DNA of 64,000 nucleotides from Ascidiella aspersa (taxonomy: Eukaryota), in the NCBI GenBank assembly GCA_963924565.1, contig OZ004613.1:13764001-13828000 (forward strand), read 5' to 3'. Positions 1 to 12,663 of this stretch are shown in pieces. A program made the position numbers and the translations under genes. The stretch's first letter is position 1. Every line of letters starts with the position of its first letter. Under the pieces are notes generated by a model. It had not been told where the DNA came from and did no database searches. It was given only the letters and a program-made list of their open reading frames with translations.

Positions 1-772
1 TGCACATGTTATGCTAACGGCCTCAAAATGGAGACGAAGTTGTTTCGGGGGCAATTTGCTGCTAATAGGCCTATTAGGGTTACCACCCACGCCGCCCAGA
101 TTGGCGGAGAATATAGCTGACATTCTTTTTTTTTCGATATCATTGGCGAAAACCTAGTAACTCTACTTGAGTATGTTTGGCTTCTCTAATTGCTTCCGGA
201 TCGGTTTTATTGGGCTTCTTTTGCGAATTTTTTTACTGCTGAAAAACGACACATAGAGTGGTGTTAAAAAACAACAGCGGCTCGCTTTTCGAGCAGCGGC
301 ATAACCTGGCGGAAGTCTGTAAACGTGCACAAAAACATGCGGTTTGAAACGAGAGTGCTGTTGTAGCTCCAAAGAAGTCGTAAAACCTTCTCGGTAATTC
401 CGCCGTTATAGTTTGCCAGAAAATATCGTGGGGTAATTTGCGTTGCAATTTGTGTGACCACTGACAGCAAGATTTTCATTTTTCAGAAATTCAACACTAT
501 AACTCAATAAATTCAACCATGTTCCTTTTACTATCCCACCTGTATAGGCCTACTGTATCCTTTAAATAAGGGCTCAGTAACATCATGTCTTGGAGCGGCT
601 AGTCTTTTATACTGAACATTTTCTGCGACTGAAAGCTGTTGCGAATTAGTATGTGCGATAACCTTATGTAGCGATCACCAAGTGAAGTCGGGATTGGCCT
701 TGCAAGCGAAATTACTGTTATATTTGCACGAAAAGGCGTTGAACAAAACTCGTTTACATTTCCTATTTCTAG

Positions 773-3700
773 GACACTTGCAAGCTCCGGTAAGGATCTA
801 AGAAGCACGTTTTTGCGCGCTCTCGCCCAGCGCGAGGAGGGAAACAGGAGCGGCAAAATGACGGTAAGCGGCGCTTGTTTACTTTTGAAATCTCCTCGAT
901 TGATTGTTACGTCACCGCGCGGTGGCGCAGCCCTACTGCCCGACAGTCGTACCTTGATTGGTCCGAGGGTCATCTTTGCAAGAATGCGTGTTTTTGTTTT
1001 TTTTAATTGGACCATGTGCTTTTATGTGAAGAAACGTAAAGGGCACTAAAGGACGATCTTATGTTTTTAAAATGGTCTCAGGATCTTTATTATTTTGTTT
1101 TTTTAATTTAACTTTACACAATGCTGTACTGTAGAAGTTAGGAGTTACAATACAAAGCGATGCTACTTTTGATTGGCGTTACTATAGACAGGATCGTTGC
1201 CCTACGAACTTAGTAAACGTACAAAAACTATTTCCAATTCAGAAAAGAATACACCTGCTTTACGTAGGTGCTTGAATAAACCCGCAAACCTTGAAAGTAG
1301 CATAAACTAAATTGAATATGTTCTGTTGTTGCACTCCTAATATACGTAAAACAAATTTTCGCCTTAACGCACCTGTACCGTTCATTCCGCTTGGCTGTGC
1401 AGCGTGCAACCGAAATTTTGTTGAGCCAATAAACGCAACCCGCACGCTTGCCCGACTAACAAGTTCAAGGTGTTTGCAGCTGGAACACTGTTCACATTGG
1501 AACCATCGGTTGAACCGCTTCGTTTGAGTGGTCAATTCAATCAGATTAATGGTCGAACCGTCAGACACTTATAGCGCTATACTATAACGTGGCTCTACAG
1601 GTGGTGGAATGTTTACTATAGTGCGTCCGCGGCAATCAAATTATACACGAAACGAAGTGCCGGCTTTACAGCGCGTATCTGACCAGGTACCTAACACAAC
1701 ATCTCGTTTCAATCAGAATATAGGCTGCGTGGCGCCGGCGAAAAGCCCCTTCTTGAACGTGTGGAAATCTTTTAATATGCGTTTAACAAACGTGTGTCAC
1801 TCAAGCCTAAAGCAAGGTTGTATACGTAAAATCATCATTAGTGATAGAGAAGTGTACCACGTAACTTCTGGTTATTTAAAAAAATTATAATCTTTTTGTT
1901 TCACAAATAGGCATGCAAGCAAGTATGCGAGACTTGAATGCAAACTATAGCTAAAAAAACTGTTAACATTATGGCATTTACCTATTTACTTGTCGCGTAT
2001 TAAGGGCGATTGTAATGTTATACAATTTTGGTTTTGTAGAAAGTGTGTCCTGTAAATAGTGTTTGTTTTTACTGTTCTGCAAAGCTAAATATGTTCGAAA
2101 ATCCTTGATTATAGTGATAACCCTAGAGAAAAAAGAAAACAAAACGAAATGAAGTTAGAGATGAGGTGCAGCCAAGCAAATAAAAGTACAACTTGAAACG
2201 GTTGCGAACTAAAGAAAACTTGCCCAGCAAAACAACACGCTCGGACTTCCAAGGGCTCACGTATGCTCGTTAAGCCCGTGTCCGGTCCGGCATATTGGAA
2301 TTACTTGGAGCGATGCGGGTCGCTAATTGCGCGCGCCGCAAAGCTTTCGTCCGCGCACGTACGTAACGGAATTTCGGCGTTTTTTTTCGGTCAAGTTTTA
2401 ATATGAAATATCTGCTCGGTAATTTGTCAACTTCTCTTCGCGACCCTGCCCCGACTTTGACAGCCTAAAGTGATTTGTCAAAAAATGCAATTACAAAAGG
2501 GAGTGGTTTTGCGAAAAACGTCCTAAAAAGGGGCGTATTTTAAAAAATGCACCGATATAGATAAACTGCAACCAGAAAACGAAAATGTTTCATAAAATTC
2601 CAATTTAAAAAGAAGCCATTAAATGAAAATTTAAATCTGTAAAACAAAATCATTTTAAATATGAAATCTGAAAAATACCACCTGGGAAAAGCTGTTTACA
2701 AAACAAGGGTTCGTTAAATGGCATTTGTCTCTGATCCGCCCACTTTGTATCATTTTAAGTCGGGTTAAAATCTTCGTTTCTTTCGGCAGTAGATGTCCGC
2801 TCATTTACTTTAGTAAATGACGGTATATGACTTGATGCTTCCACTTGTTAGATTGGGTTGCCTAATAAGGTAATTTGCCAGCCATTTACAGAATTGCGAT
2901 CTTCAAAGTTCCAACACCAGTAAAAATGCCATAACTTGCAAACGTAACTAGAAAGTAACGCACGTATACACAGTGATTTATTTTATTTTATACACCGCAT
3001 TTTGGACGCTCCTCAATAAACCTAATCTAAATCAGTAAAATATTTTTTTTTTCACTCGGGTGGATTTTTTACCTATAGTGTTCATAGAACTTTTAAGCAT
3101 AACATATATTGTTTTAATAATAATAATATTAATAATAATAAATTAAATTACTCGGAGCTCTGCATTTTATTTATGATTTGCGTTTTTAGCCATAAATGGG
3201 GTGGGTAACCATTCTATAACCGCAGGCCAGTAAACCAGTGCAGTTCCGTTTCGGTCCCCCTCTGAAGGGTCCCAAGGCCAAGTGTCCCCTTCCTGTTTGT
3301 TGTCGCGCACGCGCGCCGCCCCATTGTGACGTCACGCGAGGGGCGAGTAACCCGACCTGGTGCTTGTGTTGTAACGGGCGCCTGTGCAAACCCCAGTGTC
3401 GGACGCAGGGGATCGGGTTACCGTTGGGTGGCGCACCGCCCGCTGCTCTCTCTTGTGTAGGTTTTTGTGGACAGCTGCTGGAACGGGGCAGTGCTTTTGA
3501 CCTTGCCACCGCCAATTGCCTTTTGCCAGCACCAAAAATAACTTCCGGATTTGGATCGGGGTCGCGCGCCGCCTGTTTCCACTTGTTGACTATTTAGTTC
3601 GGGGACTGGTAGAATTTGGTCTTGGTGTCTATTATTTCTACAGCACGGTTGATTTTTTTTAGGCAATTTCGAAGCTGTGATAATAGGAAAAGGTTGCCCG

Positions 3701-6700
3701 ACCCTTTGTTTGAATTATCATAGCTTTTCATACATACCTTATTTTACTGGTCATTTCTTACGCTGTACACCTTATTTTGGTTAAATTTCTGTAGGGGACA
3801 TTTTGCGAGGATTAAACTATGCCTATAGATAATGCGATGAAAAAAACGGCTTGCTGTCCAAACGCGAACTATTCAAAATATACGAAGCTGTACAAGGTCT
3901 CGCCCTTTTACCGTTTCAATAGATCACCGTCGAAACTTCCGGGCAATCGTTTTCGATTCACGACCCGCAACAGATGTCCGTGAATCCTAAAAGTTGACGA
4001 GAGCATATGGTCGCCCTCTTGCAAATCGACTTGCCGACTGATCATTAGGACGATCAAATGCGACCGCCCTTTGGATCGCAAAACGACGCCTCGCCGCAGG
4101 AAACGCTGAGCGTGAGAACTGCGATTTAAACCACGTATCGAATAAGTTAAAGTTTGGTCGATGCTTTCCATTGACAACGCTTAAAATTGGTCGCTTAAAG
4201 TTGGTACTTGCACTCGGTTTTGTTTATAGTTGCGAACTAACGACTTTGAATTTCTCGAGCGCACTAGTGTACCGCGGCACATAGTTTGAGAATCACTTTA
4301 ATTACATTTGTTACATACAAACATCACCAAGAAAAGGAAGTTGAAATATGCACTTTATATATCCAATACGGCTAAAGAAATGCAACGTCAAAGGCAATAC
4401 TGCAGATGTGCACTGTTTAAACAGGCAACGCAAGCCATTTATTAATACTTTAAAAATATCGCGTCTAATTTAAGAATACAAATATTTTTTTCAATGGCAA
4501 CAAAATATTTTCGATAGGAATGATAGACTATGTCAAATATTATTATTATTTAAGTTTAATTGCATCTGTAAAGTTTTTGAGTGACACACCAGCACATATC
4601 GACAAGTACAGTTTAAATCAATCTATGGTCAAAAGTACCTGCTGTTAATTAGGAACAAGTAACTCGTTGCGAACTTTCGTTTCGCACAGCTGTTAGTTTG
4701 ACAGATGTGTGTCACAAGGCGTAAATTATAACATTAAAACGTGCTAAATTTGCGCCTGAGCATAGCACTCGCGAATTACGTAAAAAATGTGTAAAATTCC
4801 TGCCTGTCAATCTGAAATAGCAAAGTCTGCAGAACGCAAAGTACAATTACTTTTCAACTACCAGTGTTAAGAGCTATAATTCCCACCTTATTATCCTACT
4901 ATTTATTACACTGCGTTTTTACGCGCTATACGGGCAAACGACCGTTTTAGTTGAAAACAATATGCAATTTACATCTGAGTATATGCAAGTTTGTATAGTT
5001 CTACAAAATAAATGGGGGGGCCGCACCCAGAGCCGAGTCTAAACCAACAAATCAAAATAGAGTTTATGTAGAAATAAAAAGTCTTGCCAAACAATATTGT
5101 CTTTAGGGCCGTAATCTATTTTATGTTTTCATTGTCCCAGTTAGAACATTCCTTCCAATATGCTCAATTTTGTCAGTCAGATTTGTACCGGGACGTTTTA
5201 AATTTTGCAGTTTCGTGCTGCAATCAGAGCGTATCTAGCACCTATTTGCCAGCACGTGCCAAAGTACATCTCGTCTGATAGACCAATTTAGCCTGCTTTT
5301 TGAGGGCCACTTTGGGTTTACGAGATTGGCCGGGATCGGTGAGTGAAGGCCAAGCGACCTTTCAAATGGCCAATTTTGTGTCAAGTTTACATTGTTGCCT
5401 GTCGCGTTAATTAGCCGGCAGCTTGAGTGTCCCAGCGCCGGGCCTCTATTCCGCGACTTCCCGATTTCTAGAACACTTCACGTTAATCGAATTACGTTTG
5501 TAAGCACAAGCGCACTTTGGACGGGGTCGTGCGTTTTATTGCCCCTCGCCAAATCGAACGTTCAACACATCGTGTAGTTTATTGTTGAACTGTAGGAGAT
5601 ACACGTGTTTCGCAAATTCGCTGCCAAGCCGTCGATCAGAATAGCGCTTTTTGTCTCGTTTTGCCGTTTAAACGAAAAACTTGGTCAACCGCATGATAGA
5701 TCCAAATTGAAATGGCACAAATCGGTAAAATGAAAAATCCCATGGACCCTAAATAAAGCAAAATATAACAAAGCCCATATGGAAGTAGATAACACTTTAA
5801 ACTTTTCGAATATATCTTTATTCATATTTTAATCATGACTGAAATTCACTTCTGTATACTCTAATCCACTACTGTATATAGTTACAGAAGTATAGGCTAT
5901 ATTTTGGGAGACCTTTGAGAAAATTGGAGAAATAGTATTAGAACCTTTAAAACTCCTTAACAAATACTGCACGTGTGTATATATTAATATATTAGAGCCC
6001 TTCCGAAAAGTATTATACTGACAAAAGATTGAGACACACATATAAGTATAGTACTATTAGTCAATATTAATTTTAACTAAAAGGTCAGGTAAAATGCCAA
6101 AGTCTTCAAACATGTAAAGGCTATAAAATTGACCAAGACTTGTTAGAGCGCAATTCATTTACCGAAATCGCATTTCAGTCGATTATCTTCATTCGCGACA
6201 AAAACTCCCGCAACCAAGAGATCTCGGGATACATCGACTTCGCTCATCGCCTAAAGACGGAGGACTTTGAGTCGTACTTCTCCGGGAAGAAGCGCCTTCT
6301 TCCGCGACTATCCGATCTCAGGTTAGCAGAGTCAGCTATTTAGAGATGTCCATTGTCCATGCAGTGATAAGAGAAAAGATTTTTAAGTACCGCTGGTCGT
6401 TTGGTAAAAAAGTTGAAATAGAGCGCTTATGATAAGTCTGTAGTCACTTACACTAATTGCCTATACAAACTGTTGCTGCCAGGTATAATATTAACAATTA
6501 ATTCCTCTGGTAATTGGAATTGTTAACCAACGTCTCGGCAACCTATTCAAATCGCCCCCTTCAGGTTGAATGGGTTAACAATTACCATTACCAGACGAAC
6601 TGTTTTTTAATTATTATCAATTGCCTATAGTGGTAAAACATTCGTTAAACCACCTTCTTTACATGTTGGGAGTATTACCCTTTGGGAGTATTTTACAATG

Positions 6701-8042
6701 TTGTTATATGGGCCTTAATATTTTGTTTTAATTGACTTGACTTATTATCATAAGTTATTTTGAAGAATAATCTGTCTTGGACTTCAGTTATTTAACTAAA
6801 CTGAAATGTTTTAATTGAATAACTTTTTTAAATAAGTGTTTAATTTTCCCCAAAATGTTATACGTAGTATTGTTTCCTTGCTCGATGTATGTTTTGTGTG
6901 TTCGTGAAAAAACTGTTACTCAAGATTAAAATGATTACAAACTTTTACTTTTAAATCATGCAAATGGTTTGAAACTAAGGATGACTCGTTTAGAGTTCGT
7001 AGCTCTGTTGTTGGGCGCCAATTTTAATGGTCGCTTTTACCCTAAAGCCTTAAACCCATCTGTATCCAGCTTCTACAATTGGGAGACACAGACTTCGACT
7101 TCGAACCCGACTCCCAACTACCAGGTGATTGCTGAGAACGCGTCCGGTCTGCTCTTCAAGAATAAGCGCGACCGGAAGATACTCAACGTCGACCCAAAGG
7201 TATTGTGTTTTTGAACTACTTGAATACGCCAGGCTTAATTTCGACATGGTTCTTTTTTGTGTTAGGATGTCATTTGTCCCATTTATTGCCGATGACTTAT
7301 GTGTGTTTGCTGTCCACTCTGTTTTACGCGCCATTGGGAGAAAATGCGAGGCTATAAAAAAGGGATGTTTTATCTGTAGAAAAGGTTTAAACTTGCATGA
7401 AAAACACTTGGCTTGGTGGATAAAAAATAATATTTTCTCGAAGGCTTGTTTTGCCATTTTTGCATCACAGTGAAATTACAAAAAATACTCATACAATGGT
7501 TTTGCAATGAGTTTACGACACTTATATCGTTCACACAAACGTCACAAACATTGTTTTTAGGCTTTGGTTTTACTTCTATTCTAAAGATATTTGAACTAGT
7601 TAAGGAGTGGTTTAGCTGTCGTTTATACAATGAGACTTCTTTTGGACATATTTCATTACAATTAAACCTAATAAAATTAAAGCTAATAACTTTTAACATT
7701 ACACGAATAAGCTAATCGTGCTATTGTTTAAAAATACCTTTAACTCAGACGCAGTAAATGACGTACGTATATACAAGGACTATAGTATTTTGGTAAGAAC
7801 TACAAAGATTAACCCCTGTTGTTCTGATTGTACTCGCACGAAATCGAGGTCGAAGTAAAGCAATAAACTTTAACTGAAATAAAGTCAAACCGGACCCCGG
7901 GTCAGATTCTTATCTGTCATGTATTTGACCCCCCTGATTTCAGGCGACGACCCCCGGGGATAATTCAACCCGCACCCCAATCGACACCGACCAGTACGTC
8001 CAGGTGGTGGTCTACGATCACATTACAAGAAGAAAGACCTAA
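773..8042 (+). CDS. CFAP299: Cilia- and flagella-associated protein 299 (C4orf22 orthologue), 5'-partial; coding exons 773-863, 6179-6321, 7070-7199, 7944-8042
   Basis: All junctions are GT-AG with matching phases (91/143/130/99 nt). Spliced peptide [153 protein letters not shown] matches the CFAP299 C-terminal two-thirds as I recall it. Upstream exons lie left of the window. Confidence 0.93.
3196..3708. mobile_element. Degenerate hAT-like MITE in CFAP299 intron
   Basis: Left GGGGTGGGTAACC and right AGGTTGCCCGACCC resemble CAGGGGTGGGCAACC-type TIRs. GC-rich interior, no TSD. Confidence 0.45.
6506..6595. repeat. Inverted repeat / small foldback element in CFAP299 intron
   Basis: TCTGGTAATTGGAATTGTTAACC (6506-6528) pairs with GGTTAACAATTACCATTACCAGA (6573-6595) at 21/23. 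Confidence 0.75.
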
Positions 8043-11000
8043 TTGCATTTTGCCTTTTGTCACGTCGAACTTCGTCTAACTCCGCTCGTATAACTGTGTT
8101 CTGTGTTGTATCTGTCACTGACCGCAATTTAAGCACATTGTTTCATTTCGTGTTGTGTGTTATTCCTGTATAACAATATACTTAACGTGCAAATTCAACG
8201 CTGAACTTTGGCCACGTAACCAGCTGCAAGGGCTTTGGCCCACAATAATTTCTTATTAGAAAATAGATGGCAGATTTTTTTTTTGTAAGAAAGAGTGAAC
8301 TATGTCAAACTAAACGCTAGAAAGCACTGACCTTTATGATATCAAATTGCGTTTGTCCATTTTTTTAAAGCACAGTTGTTTGTACTAAAAAAAGTTTTTT
8401 AGAAATTAAATATTCTGACTCGTTTTAGTTTTGGCCTTTTGCACAATCAGCAATAATGGAGGGAGCATTGAGAAAAATTTCACGACACACAAAACATACG
8501 TCTGGCAACAAAGTTATATATTTGCTTTATACTGGAGCTTTAAATGGCATCAAGGGAGATATACTTTAAAAGGAAATTCACCGAACTGTCGTCAGTATGA
8601 ACCAAAAGCAGCCGCCCAACCCTGCCTTTCATCACGTTTCGCAACTTTTAGAACGCATTCAAACACAACGACGCAGAAATAGATACAGAGGCATTGGCAC
8701 AACATTTGTGCAAAGCCATCAAACGAATATTTTCCACCGTTTCAGCGGCTGAAAATAGCCCTTTATGGCTCGTTTGGCCTTGTCGATAACACAACACGAT
8801 ACGAAGGCGTATAGCGGTGTCCGCGAAGAAGTAACGATTTGCTTCATTTGCACTGCAGGAAAATATCATCGATTCAGTAGCGACTCGAATCTTGTTTTAA
8901 AGATAATGTCACTCGTTCTCTTGTGAGTGCCGGGTTGTTAAAAGGGCGGGCCTGCTGAAACAAAGTAAGTTCCCCCGCTCAACTGATGCAATTGAATGAG
9001 GCGAGAAGGCAACGACGACAGGTACGCTTCGGACCGGTTGAGCCTGTCGCGAATAAAACCCAACCTACGATGGGAAACGGACAGTAATTCCGCGGAGGCA
9101 GGCGAGCGCAAAGTCAACTCCAAATCGAACAACACCCGGATTAGGGCGCGCTAAAACTGCGGCTCTTTCCTGGCGCTAACTGATCGGCGGGTTGGAATGA
9201 ACGCTAAAGAAAAAGAAAACAGTGATTTTTTCCTGTGTTTCTTTTGGCCTCGGCATCGGGACCCTGTCCGTGTCCAGCAGGCGAGGCCCTAAGTGACTTC
9301 CGTTCTAAAGGGCGATATTGGTTTCAGGCCTTGTTCGTTGTTGACGGACAAGGTTATTTCAGCCGCGCAGGTCTGCTTGGCCGCGATACGGTTGAAAGCG
9401 CCTTTTTCGCGACCAAAAGCTGTGTAGTAGTGGCTTCCAGCCTTTTTTGACTGCGTATAATGTACTGACTTTTTCCGCGTGCCCTTCGTTTTGCAGTGAA
9501 CTATTTTTCTGAAATTTTAGCCTGATGATTAAAACCTTTCAAAAACTTGATAAAAAACTAATTTTCGGCATACCTGCGGGTTAAGGATCACAGAATTTGA
9601 TGTGGCAAAGAGAAAATATAACTTCCGCAATATTATACACTTATCCGCAATAATATACACGTGCGACCCCTTTAACTTTCGGAGAAACGTGATTTCTGCA
9701 ACAAGCAGCATTTGATTCCTTGGACTTAATATGTTGAAAATTACGAAAAAAAGGTAATATAGAGGCCTGTTTGGCTTTCTATGTGGTCTTGTTAAAAATG
9801 TTACATTCGAAATTATTCACAGTATCCATATTTACAAGAACAGATAGGGCCATTTAATCGTATTGGTAATTAATTCACACAAAGCTACTTTTAGATTTCC
9901 TTTTTCATGAAACATGAAAGTTACTCGTTATAGAATCACGATTCCTAATACACAAGCTAGGCTATCAAACGTTGGTTGTAGACCAAAAAACGAATTGTCG
10001 AACATCCTGGGAACCCAATCGACAGGCCAAGCTATAGGCAGCCCCAGATCAGTTAATATCATTTCACACATAAGAGATGCAGAAAAACGGCTAAATTAAG
10101 CCATTTCTAAATGTCTTACAGGTTTCCTTTCTAGAGCACATCCGGTGGTCCGATGCATCAATATGCCGTCATGTTACCAATGGGCTGCATTGAGTGACGC
10201 GAGCAAACACGTTGGGTTCTCGATACCATAGCAACACCACACAGAACCAGCAACGAGCGACAGCATAGGCACAAACCCTGGCGAATGGAACTCATGCGAG
10301 ATAGTCTACTGCGCAAATCACTCTTGTTTTGACACCCGATCGCGTTGACCAAACACGCGGGGGATTTGGGGCGCGCGCAGGGGCAAGGATTAGGCCTCCA
10401 AGAGGCACAAAAACGGGGCTCGATCCCGATCGACAAAGATCGAGGCCCACTTGACACCCAAAGGGTGAACGCAAGTCAAAATCGCATGCTGACTCTCATG
10501 CTATCGGTGTGGTAGCAGTTGGCGTATACGTCAGCATTTTTACTCGCCAAACTTTAATCGTTGTTGTCCGTTTCGTAATAGCCTTAGGGGCTATGACCCC
10601 GATCGAACCGAATGGCATTTAAAATGCGCAACTCGTTTTGCTCCCTTGCCACAAGACGACCGTACGCGACGAAATAAGGTCGATTTGCTTTAAGTTAACG
10701 ACTGGCAACTGACGTGCTTTAGAGGCGCTGACCCCGACAAGAAACCAGATACCACGCATTGCGCGTCTTCAAATTTGATGGCAGCCCTTGACAAAACAGT
10801 CAACAAATGCATTGTTGCTGCAGGCAAACATGGCCTCGTAAAGGCAACAAACTGGAAACTAGGGATTTGCACCTCGGTAATCGCACACCGTTTTGCACTG
10901 GCCCGTCCAATTAAAGCTCTTGGGGAAACCGGTTTGCGTTGCATTGCTCTGTCAGCACGGACTCGAACTTGGTTGAGGAAGCGAAAAAAAACCCAGAAAA

Positions 11001-12620
11001 TATTGCAACCGAACACTTGTTATGACTAACAAAAATACGGTACGACTGTAGAAAAAAAATGAAAAAATGGGTTGAATATTTAAATTTGTTGGGGTGCTCA
11101 TTTATATAAGTTTGAGTTTTGAGTTTAATCATTATTGAGTTTAATGATTGTTAAAGTAAGTTCCCTAATTATTCTCGATTTCAGCAACTCTCAACAACGT
11201 TGCAAGCAGTTCTATTTGCCCACGCCCTTATTTGCAAGGCAAGATAAGGTTTGAAGTATCTATGTTATGTTCGTTTTTTAAGGTATAATGTCAGTAAAGG
11301 AGGTCGTACAAAATAGTAAGAAATACGCGGGCTATTTAGTGTACGTAAGCCTTAAGCACGAATTATTTTTTTCAAATGTAAGGTATAAATTCCCTTATCC
11401 CTCTCGATATCCCACAGATACCATATATTATTGTAGTGCAATCATGTAAAAACAAATGATTTAGAAACTTTGTAAGGTAGTGTGTTCATTTTTTTGTTTT
11501 GGAACAAAAAATTAAGCCTTTAAAACACAACGGAAAGGATAAATGTTCCATGGACAAAATCTTTATATCGACAAATCGTTGTACAAGACACCAGCTCAAG
11601 GGTTACAGGTGTACTGCCGCAAAATTAAAAATTAAGAGACTCTCGTTCAGTGATAATGCGAGGTGCTCGCGATGCGAACCATCCGTGGCGCGACTTTTGC
11701 GTAAACATTGGAAAATCAGCTCAACAGAAGTGTGGGGTCCGCAGTCAGCCGCGAGCGCAGATATTTAGACTGGAAAACCTCGGCTGGCAGCCGGCGTGGC
11801 CGAAGAAGCAGCTGTGTGCACAGCGAAGCTCGCTGACGGATGTCGGGATCCTATCTTCCGCGCGTGTATAAGGGGTACGATTGTTTTGCCTATAAGTCAC
11901 CTCGCGACAGCCCGTGTTTGCGTCAGAGCCAATTCACCGCGTCCAGTGAAGCCTGTACTCGAGTGCATCCGCTTCGTCACAGCAATTTTTTTTCTTCAGT
12001 GATGTGGTAAACGTTTTGGGCGGCAACGAACCCAAGCCTGAGATTGCTTGTGTGTGTGTGAGCGTTTGGGGAACGCAAGGGTGGGCGAACTTTTTTCAAT
12101 CCGCAAGCTTTCACTTTAAATTTGAACGCACCACACAAATCTTCCACCCAATTTTAGGCCCTTAAATTATGACCATTTATGCATATTATAGCAGTGATAT
12201 GCGTAGTTTATTAATGTTAAAAATATTTATATAATTGAATACGGACAAAAAACAGTTGTAAAGGAAGGGATTTTACAGCATAAAAAAACAAAAATTCCAT
12301 ACTTTGTTGACATTTTTGAATATAAGGATAGATTTAACTGGTTATTTATAAGTGGAATATTAAAATCTAGGAATACTGTTAGTAGTTGAAAAAAAAACAT
12401 AAAGAGAAAATAAACATAAGTAGGCTACCTTTAATTCTTTTCTTTTTCAGACATGTTTTTTCTTGTGTTATATCTGGGGTGTATAGTGCACCACTTGAAA
12501 TCTTGCGTTGTGCCTTTTTATATAAAGATCATGGAGGCTTCCTCTCACTTCATTATTTCATCTAGCGATGTGACAATGTTGTCGTTTGCGCCTTGGTTTG
12601 GCCAACTCGTTGTAGGTGCT

Positions 12621-12663
12621 CATACGTATGCGTGCACGTATGCGCACGTGCGTGTGTGTGTGC
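12621..12663. repeat. 43-nt perfect alternating pyrimidine-purine tract
   Basis: CATACGTATGCGTGCACGTATGCGCACGTGCGTGTGTGTGTGC. Confidence 0.85.
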
